Positions 10,256 to 19,255 of a stretch of 64,000 bases of DNA are shown here, piece after piece. The position numbers were made by a program, and so were the translations under genes. Each line of letters begins with the position of its first letter. Within the stretch, counting starts at the first letter, position 1. The DNA lies in the IMG/VR virus record IMGVR_UViG_3300024182_000001, positions 1 through 64,000 of that record; one strand, given 5' to 3'. Under the pieces are notes generated by a model that searched no databases, was not told where the DNA came from, and saw only the letters and a list, made by a program, of their open reading frames with translations. This stretch comes from a virus.

Positions 10256-11908
10256 ATGGCCGAACTCGAAGATGCTCCATGGTTAACCAAGAGCGAACTT
10301 CCGGATGCTCCATGGGCGACTAGTGCTACGCCACCTCCAGCTAAGGAAGAACCCGCAGCGCCTAAAAACTATTCTTGGTCCGACGTGCCTGGCGCTGCGC
10401 TCTCAAATTCCGGCCACAGCCTTGTCGAGTTCGGCAAAAGCATGGTGCAACCGGTTATCCATCCGATCGACACCGCCACGAACTTGAAGAATCTCGGCTT
10501 GGGCGTACTTGAGAAAGCTGGCAGCTATACCGGACTGACCAATCCAGGCGAACATGAGAAGTATGCCGAAGCCGTTGGGCACCATTTCAAGGAGCGCTAT
10601 GGTGGCTGGGATAATGTCAAGCGCAGCATGGCCGAAGATCCCGTCGGCGTGCTGGCGGATTTGTCGCTTGCCCTGACGGGGGCTGGAGCAGGCGTGCGAG
10701 CTGGAGCTAAGGGCGCAGAGCTTGCCGGTGCGGCCAAGACTGCCGACGTCGCGGGCACCATTGGACGTGGGTTGCAGACGGCAGGCTCTTATACCGATCC
10801 GATCAACCTTGCCGGCAAAACTGTTGCGGCGCCTTTTAAGCTCGGGCCTGAACAAAAGATGCTGGAACAAGCCGGTGTGCAGATGACGCCCGGCCAGATG
10901 ATGATCGGACCCAAAGGAGTGTTCAAGAAGCTGGAAGACGCAGCGAGCAGTATCCCCGTGCTCGGCTCTTTCATGAAATCGGGGCAAGAGCGTTCTATCA
11001 AGAGCTTTAATACTGCGGTCGGCAATCAGGCGCTTGAACCGATCGGGCAAACGGTTGCGAAGGGTGCAGCAGGGCACGAGGTTATTAAAGACGTCGGAAC
11101 CAAGCTTGGTGCTGCTTATGATAGTTTGCTGCCGCAGATAAAATTTGTCCCTGACGCTGGTTTTCACACCGATTGGCGAAATATTCTAGCTACTAAAGTT
11201 GCCACGTTGCCGCCAGCGCTGGCGCAACAGTTTCATACGATCATAAATCAGCATCTTGGACCGCCCGCTCCAATGGCCGGCCCGATGCTGAAGAAAGTGG
11301 AAAGCGAACTCGGCTACTACGCTAAAAACTATAGTGCGTCACCTAATCCAGCACAGCGCCAATTAGGACAAGCCGTCGGCAATGTTGTTACTGCTTTGCG
11401 TACGAATTTGGAGCGAGTAAATCCCGCGCATAGCGCAGAGTTGCAAGCCATCAATAACGGCTGGGCCATGTATGCGCGAATGCGCGATGCGGCCAGCAGA
11501 CGCGCTACAAGTGCCGGCATATTTACTCCTAGCGATCTTCTGCAGGCTGTTAAAAATGGGGATAAAACTGTAGGGCACGGCGCATTTGCCCGCGGGGACG
11601 CTCTCATGCAAACTTTCGGAGAAGCTGCCCAGAAAGTACTTCCCAGCACGTTACCCACCAGTGGAACGTCAGAGCGTATTGCGGCGATGGGTCTATTTGG
11701 TGGAAGCGCGATGGGGGCGGCATGGCTCCATAATCCAGCATTAGCGGCGGGAATTATTGGCGGTGCAGTTCCTTATACAAGAGTGGGGATGTACGCGCTG
11801 AACAAGCCTGCAAGAGCGCTGGTGCGTAATTCGACACCTTGGCGCGCGGGGGCCAATGCTGCCTACCGTGCCGGCCAAAACAACCAAGTGAACCCCTACG
11901 CCCCCTGA
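10256..11908 (+). CDS. hypothetical virion protein (550 aa)
   Basis: Has an AAGGA RBS and is co-linear with the ejection-type protein gene. Confidence 0.5.
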   Translation: MAELEDAPWLTKSELPDAPWATSATPPPAKEEPAAPKNYSWSDVPGAALSNSGHSLVEFGKSMVQPVIHPIDTATNLKNLGLGVLEKAGSYTGLTNPGEHEKYAEAVGHHFKERYGGWDNVKRSMAEDPVGVLADLSLALTGAGAGVRAGAKGAELAGAAKTADVAGTIGRGLQTAGSYTDPINLAGKTVAAPFKLGPEQKMLEQAGVQMTPGQMMIGPKGVFKKLEDAASSIPVLGSFMKSGQERSIKSFNTAVGNQALEPIGQTVAKGAAGHEVIKDVGTKLGAAYDSLLPQIKFVPDAGFHTDWRNILATKVATLPPALAQQFHTIINQHLGPPAPMAGPMLKKVESELGYYAKNYSASPNPAQRQLGQAVGNVVTALRTNLERVNPAHSAELQAINNGWAMYARMRDAASRRATSAGIFTPSDLLQAVKNGDKTVGHGAFARGDALMQTFGEAAQKVLPSTLPTSGTSERIAAMGLFGGSAMGAAWLHNPALAAGIIGGAVPYTRVGMYALNKPARALVRNSTPWRAGANAAYRAGQNNQVNPYAP

Positions 11909-11960
11909 TAGGCAACACGAAAAAAGTGTGGTACGGAAGTAGATGAACCAAGGGGGTTAC

Positions 11961-12290
11961 ATGCTTCGTATCACGCTGTTCACGCTACTTGTCTGTATAA
12001 TCGGAGTTGCCGCCTACGGGCAAGAACATGAACACGGGATAAACGGGCTCCCGACGTGGTACGATCCGGCTTGCTGCTCACAAAAAGACTGCAAGCCTGT
12101 GAATGACGTGGATATCGAGTTTATCACCGATCCCCAGTGGGGTTATGGGGCGCGCTACAAGCCAACCGGCAACGTCTTCTACAAATATCAGTTCAAGCAA
12201 TCCCAGGACGAGCGGTACCACGTGTGCATCAACCCGGCGGCGGACGGGAATAATGGAGCTTTGTGCTTCTACGACAGAACGGGGGCGTAA
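11961..12290 (+). CDS. small secreted protein with an N-terminal signal peptide
   Basis: An AAGGGGG RBS lies 8 nt before ATG 11961. The N-terminus MLRITLFTLLVCIIGVAAYG|QEH looks like a Sec signal. Confidence 0.45.
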   Translation: MLRITLFTLLVCIIGVAAYGQEHEHGINGLPTWYDPACCSQKDCKPVNDVDIEFITDPQWGYGARYKPTGNVFYKYQFKQSQDERYHVCINPAADGNNGALCFYDRTGA

Positions 12291-12292
12291 AC

Positions 12293-13090
12293 ATGAGAGA
12301 GAAGCTTTGGATCCTGGCAGCCTGCACGCTGCTGGGAGTGTTTACCGGTATGGTCATCCATTCCACCAACAAGCATAAGCCCAAACCGGTTCCGATCGTT
12401 CAGAAAGAAGACAAGGCCGAAGTCTATAGCCGCGTGGAACCACAGCGGGATCCGATCCGCGTCACCAAGACGGCGGACGAATATCTCTGTGACGTCTACA
12501 AGCGCACGCCGGAAAAGCGGGATGCTTCAGGCGACTTCACCTGGAAGGACCAGGCTGCCGCCCGCCGGCTCGGGATGGATGTCTGCACTTACGCGATTGG
12601 CGGTATGTCGCCGGAGCTGAAGGAGCGCTTGGTCACGTTCGGACAGGCTGCCGACGAGAAGGGGATTGAGTGGTCCATGCTGGCCGGCTTTCGCGACGAT
12701 TACCGACAATCGATTGCCAGCGGGCTCAAAGCACGTACTGGCAATAGCGTTCACGGCAACTCGCGCGCCACCAAGGGATATGGACATGGCCGCGCTGTGG
12801 ATATCGTGCCGGTCAAGGGCTCGGCGCACTCGCTGTTCTCCTTCCTCGACATCTTCGGGCCCAAGATCGGGCTGGTGCGCCCCTACAAGGGCTTCGATCC
12901 GAACCATGTCCAACTGGCGTCTTATCCGAGATATGAGGCGCCTGAGCGTACGAAAGTTGCGAAAGTAAAGCATAAAGTGCGGTATGCTAAGAAGGTGAAA
13001 CATCGTACGCGCGTGGCCGTATCTGAATATCGAGACGATCGGGCATGGAGTACACGCAGAGCGCCTTCGAACCGAAGGGACCAGCCGTGA
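12293..13090 (+). CDS. peptidase M15 (VanY/L-Ala-D-Glu endopeptidase-like) with an N-terminal membrane/SAR-like anchor
   Basis: The HGNSRATKGYGHGRAVDIV and DPNHVQL segments fit the M15 zinc-binding motifs. The N-terminus LWILAACTLLGVFTGMVI is a weakly hydrophobic TM segment. Confidence 0.55.
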   Translation: MREKLWILAACTLLGVFTGMVIHSTNKHKPKPVPIVQKEDKAEVYSRVEPQRDPIRVTKTADEYLCDVYKRTPEKRDASGDFTWKDQAAARRLGMDVCTYAIGGMSPELKERLVTFGQAADEKGIEWSMLAGFRDDYRQSIASGLKARTGNSVHGNSRATKGYGHGRAVDIVPVKGSAHSLFSFLDIFGPKIGLVRPYKGFDPNHVQLASYPRYEAPERTKVAKVKHKVRYAKKVKHRTRVAVSEYRDDRAWSTRRAPSNRRDQP

Positions 13091-14205
13091 AGAACTTCGA
13101 CGTTTGCATCGGGCCGTTGCTTGAGCACGAAGGTGGCAACGATGATGATCCGCAGGATCCAGGTGGGCGTACCTCGCGCGGGATCACGCAGCGGGAATGG
13201 GACGTCTGGCGTCGATCCAGGCTCGGGCTTCCCTCTGACGTGTGGAACGCCCCACAAACCGAAGTTCTGAAAATCTATAAGCAGAATTATTGGGACAAGA
13301 TGCGCTGCGATGATCTCCCTGCGGGCGTCGACTATGCGGTTTTCGACTATGGGGTCAACTCAGGCGTGGGACGAGCCGCCAAGGTTCTGCAGGGGCTTGT
13401 CGGTGTCGAACAGGATGGCGAGATCGGGCCCCAGACGATCGCGGCAGCATCGACTTCGCCTCCTGTGGGTACGGTCAACTCCATCTCGGTGGAGCGGTTG
13501 AACTTCCTTCGAGGACTGAGCACTTGGCCCCGGTTTGGCCGCGGCTGGACCACCAGGGTGAACGACGTCAAGGCGCTGGCGCTCAAGATGGCGGCTGGCA
13601 GCGTGGGGAAAGCTGCGCCTCCTCCGGTTCTATCCGATAGTTGGCTTTCCCGGCTGATAAAAGCCCTCTTTGGGGGTTCGAAGCCCGTTTCACCCCCTGC
13701 TCCGCAACCGGATGCGCCTGCTGCGAAAACGCCACCATGGATGGCGTGGGCCGCCAAGGAGGTGGGTTTCCATGAGACCGGAGAAAACCGTGACATCACG
13801 CGCTATACCGTCCCGGCCAAGTGCGGATCGGAGGGGGATCCGTGGTGCGCCATATTTGTTAATGCTGCTCTTGAGTCCACTGGCGTTGCTGGATCTCGCT
13901 CTGCCATGGCTCGATCTTTTGAACATCATCCCGGATTTGTGAAGCTGGACGGTCCTGCTTACGGCGCCATCACGACGATGTGGCGCGGCTCGCCCAGTTC
14001 AGGAACCGGCCATTGCTTCTTCTACGTTGGGCATCTCGACGATAGCCACGTGCTCGCTCTTGGCGGCAACCAATCGGACCAAGTTTGCCGGCAGGCCGAG
14101 CCGCTAAATCGCATGGTAGGATTTTATTGGCCGAAAGGCGTAGGGCTGCCCAAGATCGGGCGAATCGATGTAAGGGCCGATGCAGGCGAAGGAACCGAAA
14201 CATGA
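13045..14205 (+). CDS. endolysin with a GH108 muramidase domain, PG_binding_3 and a C-terminal CHAP/NlpC-P60-like (TIGR02594-type) domain
   Basis: An EGGxxDDPQDPGGRTSRGIT hallmark of GH108. The C-terminal half has DPWCAIFVN and GHCFFYVGH Cys/His motifs. Confidence 0.7.
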   Translation: MEYTQSAFEPKGPAVKNFDVCIGPLLEHEGGNDDDPQDPGGRTSRGITQREWDVWRRSRLGLPSDVWNAPQTEVLKIYKQNYWDKMRCDDLPAGVDYAVFDYGVNSGVGRAAKVLQGLVGVEQDGEIGPQTIAAASTSPPVGTVNSISVERLNFLRGLSTWPRFGRGWTTRVNDVKALALKMAAGSVGKAAPPPVLSDSWLSRLIKALFGGSKPVSPPAPQPDAPAAKTPPWMAWAAKEVGFHETGENRDITRYTVPAKCGSEGDPWCAIFVNAALESTGVAGSRSAMARSFEHHPGFVKLDGPAYGAITTMWRGSPSSGTGHCFFYVGHLDDSHVLALGGNQSDQVCRQAEPLNRMVGFYWPKGVGLPKIGRIDVRADAGEGTET

Positions 14206-14378
14206 GCATGCCATCTTCTCCTACCCCGTCACGCTGGCAGAACGCTTGGGACATAGCCGTACGCGACATTGGGACGATCCCGGCAGTCGTAAGCCTGCTT
14301 GCCGCACATCCCAAGACCTTCGGTGCCACGCTTATCGTCGGAGGAATTCTGGGCTTCTGGCTTGGACGCGTGGTGTGA
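14202..14378 (+). CDS. holin-like small membrane protein (58 aa)
   Basis: ATGA overlap with the endolysin stop and a GAAGGAA RBS. Has a hydrophobic core IPAVVSLLAAHPKTFGATLIVGGILGFWLG. Confidence 0.4.
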   Translation: MSMPSSPTPSRWQNAWDIAVRDIGTIPAVVSLLAAHPKTFGATLIVGGILGFWLGRVV

Positions 14379-14836
14379 TTCTCTTTGTCACCATCGCCAT
14401 CCTGGCGCTTCTGATCGCCGCCTATGCGGCCGGCGGCCGGAAGTGGCTGAAGACCAAGCCGTGGATGGCAGGCTTCTTCGCCAAGATCGAGCCGATGGAA
14501 ATCCTGCTATGGCGTAAGTCCGAGTCGATCCTCTGGGCACGCTTTCTGCAGGGATTGGGGCTTCTCCTAACCGCCCTCACGGCTCTCGGCACGTTCGATC
14601 TATCCCCGCTATTCCCCCTGCTCCCAGACAAATACCGCTGGGTGCAACCGATGCTACCGCTCATCATCTCCGCGGCCGGCGCCATGAATGAGGCGCTTCG
14701 CCGCTCGACATCCAAGCCGCTGGAGCTGGTTGAAGTACCTGACGCTGCGCCTCCACGTGTGGCGGCCGCGGTCGCTACGGCAGAAGCGACTAAAGAAATA
14801 GCCGTAGCCGCTGTTAAAGCAGAGGAAAAACCGTGA
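14375..14836 (+). CDS. membrane protein with 2-3 TM segments (lysis accessory candidate)
   Basis: GTGA-coupled start. TM segments include ILFVTIAILALLIAAYAA and LQGLGLLLTALTALGTF. An alternative ATG start at about 14468 is possible. Confidence 0.4.
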   Translation: MILFVTIAILALLIAAYAAGGRKWLKTKPWMAGFFAKIEPMEILLWRKSESILWARFLQGLGLLLTALTALGTFDLSPLFPLLPDKYRWVQPMLPLIISAAGAMNEALRRSTSKPLELVEVPDAAPPRVAAAVATAEATKEIAVAAVKAEEKP

Positions 14837-15153
14837 TCAAGGAGCTTCTCGACTCGGTTCAGCAGCGGATTGTCGATGCTTTCTCAGGGCTCTCCGAGTT
14901 CGTCTACTTGGCAGAATGGTACCTGCTCGGCTTCGTGATCCTCGCCATAGCCTTGGTCGTAGGCTACTTCTTCAACTTCTCCTGGGTTCGCTCTTTTCTC
15001 GGGTTCATCGTGCTGGCATTCGGGGCTTTCTTAGCCGGGCTTCAAGTAATGGCTAACCACGCCAAGAAGGATAACGAGAGTTATCGACAGAAAATCAAGG
15101 AACTCCAAGCCGAGCAGCGTGAAAAAAATACAAACCACAGTTGGTTTTCGTGA
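14833..15153 (+). CDS. two-TM membrane protein (holin/antiholin-like)
   Basis: GTGA-coupled start with an AGAGGAAAAA RBS. Two hydrophobic helices are followed by a charged tail. Confidence 0.45.
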   Translation: MIKELLDSVQQRIVDAFSGLSEFVYLAEWYLLGFVILAIALVVGYFFNFSWVRSFLGFIVLAFGAFLAGLQVMANHAKKDNESYRQKIKELQAEQREKNTNHSWFS

Positions 15154-15174
15154 TATTAGGAGGGAGGGCTCCTT

Positions 15175-15744
15175 GTGCGGCCCCCGAAGAAGGTTGGAAA
15201 TACGAGGCTGGCAATGTCTGCTCCTAAAAATGGGAACGGAAACGGAAATACTACGATTTATATAAGCATTGCGGCGGGAATCATTGTAGCATTGCTTCAG
15301 GCTTTCTGGGGAGTGGCATGGTCGGGCGTCAATGCCAACATAGACCGCCTGGAAAAACAGATCATTGCCCGCACTCGCGAACTGGAAGCCATACGCATAC
15401 GGGAACACGAAAGGATCGAGAACCAACTATCGGCTCGATTGGCGTTGGTCGAAAAGGATTTTCTCAGGCTGCAGGAGCACCGGGAGTTCACCGTCAGGCT
15501 GGATTCGCAGATTTCCAAGATGGAGGCGCGAATCGGGCTTGCGGCAACACATGAGGAAGTGGATACGCGGCTGGGAATAAATTCTACATCCATCATCCAG
15601 GTGCGAAATGAGATCGGAGAACTGAAAAGAGACCTGGGGCAAACATACCCTCTCAAGGAAGTGCTTGGAAATCTCACTTCTCGTATTGATCGTATGGAGC
15701 AATGGAGTCGTGCCCCGCCGCCGCACCAAGCGCCAGCAAAATAG
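15175..15744 (+). CDS. i-spanin-like protein (N-terminal TM plus periplasmic coiled coil)
   Basis: Strong AGGAGGGAGGG RBS before GTG 15175. TM segment IYISIAAGIIVALLQAFWGVAW followed by heptad-rich sequence. Confidence 0.4.
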   Translation: MRPPKKVGNTRLAMSAPKNGNGNGNTTIYISIAAGIIVALLQAFWGVAWSGVNANIDRLEKQIIARTRELEAIRIREHERIENQLSARLALVEKDFLRLQEHREFTVRLDSQISKMEARIGLAATHEEVDTRLGINSTSIIQVRNEIGELKRDLGQTYPLKEVLGNLTSRIDRMEQWSRAPPPHQAPAK

Positions 15745-16114
15745 TGTATCGCTCAAAGAACACTTGCAGGCTATTACGGATGCCAACGACAGGCGCTATT
15801 CTGAAGTCAATGTCGAGCGCGAAAAAGCCCTGAAGATCAAGGAGCGCGCGGATGAAGTGGCGTTGGGACTGGCGCGTGAGATCCAGACCTACAAGGACGA
15901 AAAAGCTAACGAATTGCGTGAACAAATCAACAGTGAACGTGGTATATACGCTACCAGGAACGAGCTGCAGGCAGCCGTACGTGAAATTTTAGCCGGCAGC
16001 GCGAGGAAATCGGAAACATCGACAGCATTCATATTCTCGATGATAGCCGCCGGTGCCGCTATTGCGGCAATTGTTGGTGTCGTGGTCACAGTTCTTACTA
16101 GAACCGGGCAATAG
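15710..16114 (+). CDS. coiled-coil protein with a C-terminal TM anchor (lysis/spanin-like partner candidate)
   Basis: Overlaps the previous gene in another frame. The C-terminus AFIFSMIAAGAAIAAIVGVVVTVL is a TM segment. The start is uncertain (GTG 15710 or TTG 15762). Confidence 0.3.
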   Translation: MPRRRTKRQQNSVSLKEHLQAITDANDRRYSEVNVEREKALKIKERADEVALGLAREIQTYKDEKANELREQINSERGIYATRNELQAAVREILAGSARKSETSTAFIFSMIAAGAAIAAIVGVVVTVLTRTGQ

Positions 16115-16130
16115 CCCCTAGGAGCCTCAA

Positions 16131-16352
16131 ATGGTTGCTCTTGCAGTTTCGATATTATGGCTTCTGATCGGCGTCATCGTTCTCCTGGGTGTCGTCTGGC
16201 TCGCCCTCTACGTGGTCAAGCTTTTCGTCCCGATTCCCGACAAGATCGAGTTGGCCATATGGTGCATCGTTCTTATCCTCTGCCTTATTGGCGCGCTTAC
16301 GCTGCTTTCCGGCGGTGGAGGTAGCTTGCACGTGCCTTCATTGACGCGATAG
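16131..16352 (+). CDS. small two-TM membrane protein (holin-like, 73 aa)
   Basis: AGGAGCC RBS. Two hydrophobic helices, and it is the last gene of the + strand block. Confidence 0.45.
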   Translation: MVALAVSILWLLIGVIVLLGVVWLALYVVKLFVPIPDKIELAIWCIVLILCLIGALTLLSGGGGSLHVPSLTR

Positions 16353-16354
16353 CG

Positions 16355-16654
16355 CTATTTCTGTTTGGATGGCACGCCTTCGGGTTTGTTATTCACGCCT
16401 GACGCACTTTGCTCATGAGCGTCGGCCCATCCGCCCGCAATGCCAGCCTTTCCCGCTGGCAATGTGGCGCAGTACGCCTCCCACTTTCCGATGCTGCCGA
16501 GATATTCATCGCGGCTGTTTAAGCAGAATTGAAGGTGTGCGCACTCATTGCGTAGCCGCTCGATCTCCTGAATAGCTGCGATTATCGTCTGGTCATTCGG
16601 AAAGACGATAACGCGGCCATTCAGCATCAACTTCAGTTGGTCGACGATATCCAT
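16355..16654 (-). CDS. hypothetical early protein (99 aa)
   Basis: First gene of the convergent minus-strand early block. Confidence 0.4.
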   Translation of the reverse strand: MDIVDQLKLMLNGRVIVFPNDQTIIAAIQEIERLRNECAHLQFCLNSRDEYLGSIGKWEAYCATLPAGKAGIAGGWADAHEQSASGVNNKPEGVPSKQK

Positions 16655-16656
16655 AA

Positions 16657-16917
16657 TCAGCGCCGCGCTTCCAAATATTCAATCCGTTTAGCTGGCGACA
16701 TCTGCGGAACCGGAAGCCCGCGCTTCTTCTTGAGCATGTCTTCAAGCTTGGCAAGTGCCACCTCGATCGCGTGCCGATCCAAAGGAGGCCCTCCGACGGA
16801 TCCCCCTTTGGTCCAGCCGCGGACAGTCGGATGCGGACGCTCAAACCAGCGCGCGAGATCGGCAACTGTCAGGTTGCCGTCCCGCATGATGGCGTCAAGG
16901 CGCTGCTTTATTTTCAT
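16657..16917 (-). CDS. putative HTH DNA-binding protein
   Basis: GGAGATAAAA RBS. A TVADLARWFERPHPTVRGW segment is helix-turn-helix-like. Confidence 0.4.
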   Translation of the reverse strand: MKIKQRLDAIMRDGNLTVADLARWFERPHPTVRGWTKGGSVGGPPLDRHAIEVALAKLEDMLKKKRGLPVPQMSPAKRIEYLEARR

Positions 16918-17083
16918 TTTTATCTCCGCGCACGGATTCGGCGTATTCGAGCGCCTTTTTATAGTTCCACTCGCCGTTAGCCACTTTCAAGCGCGCATCG
17001 TGAAACAAACAGTGGAGTGGGTGATCCCCTGGAGGCCACAAACGTTCATTGTGAAAATCGAAATGAGGAATCCAGTTTTTCAT
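16895..17083 (-). CDS. small hypothetical protein (62 aa)
   Basis: Strong GGAGGAAG RBS; overlaps its neighbour by 23 nt. Confidence 0.3.
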   Translation of the reverse strand: MKNWIPHFDFHNERLWPPGDHPLHCLFHDARLKVANGEWNYKKALEYAESVRGDKNENKAAP

Positions 17084-17346
17084 TTTCTGGCTTCCTCCAT
17101 CGCGGCAAGCACCTTTTTAGTGACCCAGCCGGAACCGCAGCACCAGTCGCAATGGCCGTTGGCGTCCTTGCCGTCTTCAGGACAGGGACATTTCACGACG
17201 AAAGTGGTGCAGCAGCCAACGGCAAACTCACCACCTTGCATGTTTTTCTCAGTAAGCTTCTGCCTCCATGCGCGTTGCGCCAAGTGCATCAGGTTGCCAT
17301 ACCCGATGCGCTCTCCAATCCATCGGACGTCGTCGATTTCAGCCAT
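17080..17346 (-). CDS. Cys-rich (zinc-binding) small protein
   Basis: A CCTTFVVKCPCPEDGKDANGHCDWCCGSGW Cys cluster. Confidence 0.4.
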   Translation of the reverse strand: MAEIDDVRWIGERIGYGNLMHLAQRAWRQKLTEKNMQGGEFAVGCCTTFVVKCPCPEDGKDANGHCDWCCGSGWVTKKVLAAMEEARK

Positions 17347-18464
17347 CAGCGATTCCCCGGAAAGAACTGCGCAAGCGTCGCCGTCAGCGCTGGATCCGGA
17401 GCCACACCAGGCTGGATACCGAACGTAGGTTGAGGGCTGGCGGGCGGTGCTGGATTGGCCATGGCCGGAGGTGGGTTGACGGGGAATGGCGCCTGCAGCG
17501 GTAGGTTCTGCTGCGTTGGAGCCGGTGCTGGGTTCGCGGCGTTACGCCGTCGGCGGCCGGGGGCTGGAGCCGATTCAGTAGGAGACACAGTTGCAGCCGT
17601 AGTTTGGATCGATTGGGGAACCGCACCCTCCACAGAAGGGGACTGCCCAACCGGTATATTCAGTGGGGCAGCCGGCACGAACGTCGTCTGCTGCCCCTGC
17701 GTAGGGCCCAGCAAAGCCTGCTGCGCGGCCGGCGCCGCGATCTGAGCCACAGCCTGGTCGCGCCCTACGATCGCATCCGTAGCCTTGGCGGCGAGGGCCT
17801 GGGAGGCCGCCATAGCCGTCTGCTCGCTGATGTAAGACACCGCGGCAAACTTGATCGTGTTCGGCTCATCCGGATCGAACTCGAAGCGCGTCACGACATC
17901 CGAAATGTCGGTTGGCCCTTTCTTGAAAAGCTCAGTGTAGGCTTTCCACTTCTTGAACGAGCCGGGAGTGATCTTATACCGGAAGACAGTATCCACTTCA
18001 GCCTGTGGAACCATCAAGGCCAGCCACTTCTCGTCCCGGCATGCCTTGATCGAGGCGCCGGATTTCTCCGACGTGGCTGAACCACGTTCGTTCCACTTGC
18101 ATTCCGCACAAGTGCGGGCCTGCTTCTGAGCCGAGTCGTTGCTCGGCACGTCGCCGTTGGCGCTGAAACATACTGGTGCGTCGGTAGAGTCCGGATTGTA
18201 CTTCTTGCCGCCATAATAAAGCTTGGAGACCGCAGCGTTGAGGTCGACGACGCAGGCGTCAAGGAAGGGCTGCTGGTACTCGCGCCCATCCTGGGCTTTG
18301 AACGTCAACCGTTTGGGGTTTCCGGCTGCGTCGATAAGGGTAAACACGCCGCCCTCAGTCGAGATGTGCGCCGGGAGAGATGTCCCGAGCCCGGCGGTGG
18401 CGTCGTCGACAAGCCGTCGAGTGCCTCGATTTTGGAGGTAGGTTGGTAAAGCGGGTTGGTTCAT
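17346..18464 (-). CDS. hypothetical phage protein with a CxxC..C zinc ribbon and a P/A/Q-rich C-terminal half (possible DNA-binding/recombination protein)
   Basis: AAGGAG RBS. An RTCAECKWNERGS...KACRDEKW segment, and a low-complexity C-terminus. Confidence 0.5.
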   Translation of the reverse strand: MNQPALPTYLQNRGTRRLVDDATAGLGTSLPAHISTEGGVFTLIDAAGNPKRLTFKAQDGREYQQPFLDACVVDLNAAVSKLYYGGKKYNPDSTDAPVCFSANGDVPSNDSAQKQARTCAECKWNERGSATSEKSGASIKACRDEKWLALMVPQAEVDTVFRYKITPGSFKKWKAYTELFKKGPTDISDVVTRFEFDPDEPNTIKFAAVSYISEQTAMAASQALAAKATDAIVGRDQAVAQIAAPAAQQALLGPTQGQQTTFVPAAPLNIPVGQSPSVEGAVPQSIQTTAATVSPTESAPAPGRRRRNAANPAPAPTQQNLPLQAPFPVNPPPAMANPAPPASPQPTFGIQPGVAPDPALTATLAQFFPGNR

Positions 18465-18646
18465 GTAGACTCCTTTGGAAGTTCACGTTTTTCTTTGGCC
18501 GTAAGATAGCAATTTGCAATATAAATTTCGCGGCTTAATTCTTCATATTCGCGTTTGCTCATAGTATGCGTTTTGCAGCGATAATGTAGCTTGTTGTTTG
18601 ATCGTTTTACCTTGCGGTTCATAATCGCTAAAAACGCGGCATCCAT
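18461..18646 (-). CDS. small basic hypothetical protein (61 aa)
   Basis: AGGAGC RBS; tightly coupled to the upstream small ORF. Confidence 0.35.
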   Translation of the reverse strand: MDAAFLAIMNRKVKRSNNKLHYRCKTHTMSKREYEELSREIYIANCYLTAKEKRELPKEST

Positions 18647-18648
18647 TT

Positions 18649-18828
18649 CTAGCTCCTGTTTTCACATTCGGGGCAAACGTGCTCCCATTCATTGTTAACT
18701 TTCTTCGATCTCCATCCCTCGCGCTTGGCCAAATTCCAAGCCGCAACCCAATCATGGAAGTTGGTATCGAATAATTCGCCGCAAGTATCGCACTCGAAGC
18801 TGATATCGCCGTGGTTGCGATGGATCAT
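18649..18828 (-). CDS. zinc-ribbon small protein (59 aa, below the ORF-track cutoff)
   Basis: My own translation gives MIHRNHGDISFECDTCGELF...EHVCPECENRS with two CxxC pairs. It fills the gap between annotated genes. Confidence 0.35.
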   Translation of the reverse strand: MIHRNHGDISFECDTCGELFDTNFHDWVAAWNLAKREGWRSKKVNNEWEHVCPECENRS

Positions 18829-18922
18829 TTTGGATTTCTCTTACGATCGTATTTGTGGTTACACTTTCTTTGGTATGCGTTTTCACAAATACGACACCTC
18901 CTATGGCCTTTCTTACTTAAAA

Positions 18923-19255
18923 TCAGGTTTGCTCCTTCAAGCAAATGTCCGTGCTGGCAGTGTGTTTGTCGCATCCTATGCCCGACCATCCATCACCACG
19001 TCGTAGATTTTCACGCCGCGTAACAGGCTCCAAATGATCAGGATTTACGCACGATCTATTACGACAAAGATGATCTAAGTCTAGCCTTAGCGCTATTTCT
19101 CCACGCAAAAAGATGTAAACAATTCTATGTGCTTGGATAGCTTTTCCTTTCCAAGACGATTTTCCATAACCAGTCCAATAGTGTGCTGCATCCCATAACC
19201 AGCAGCCTGACATTGGTTCTGGAAAAATGTGTCGCTCTATGTAGGCAGGAAGCAT
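18923..19255 (-). CDS. HNH homing endonuclease
   Basis: A DLDHLCRNRSCVNPDHLEPVTRRENLRR segment carries the H-N-H motif. The start shares a nucleotide with the upstream stop. Confidence 0.7.
   Translation of the reverse strand: MLPAYIERHIFPEPMSGCWLWDAAHYWTGYGKSSWKGKAIQAHRIVYIFLRGEIALRLDLDHLCRNRSCVNPDHLEPVTRRENLRRGDGWSGIGCDKHTASTDICLKEQT

Noticed and set aside
15665-15709. TTG-initiated N-terminus (MEISLLVLIVW) of the tail-anchored coiled-coil ORF
   Set aside because: It lies wholly within the preceding gene and has no RBS. GTG 15710 (with a GGAG upstream) or TTG 15762 are more plausible starts.
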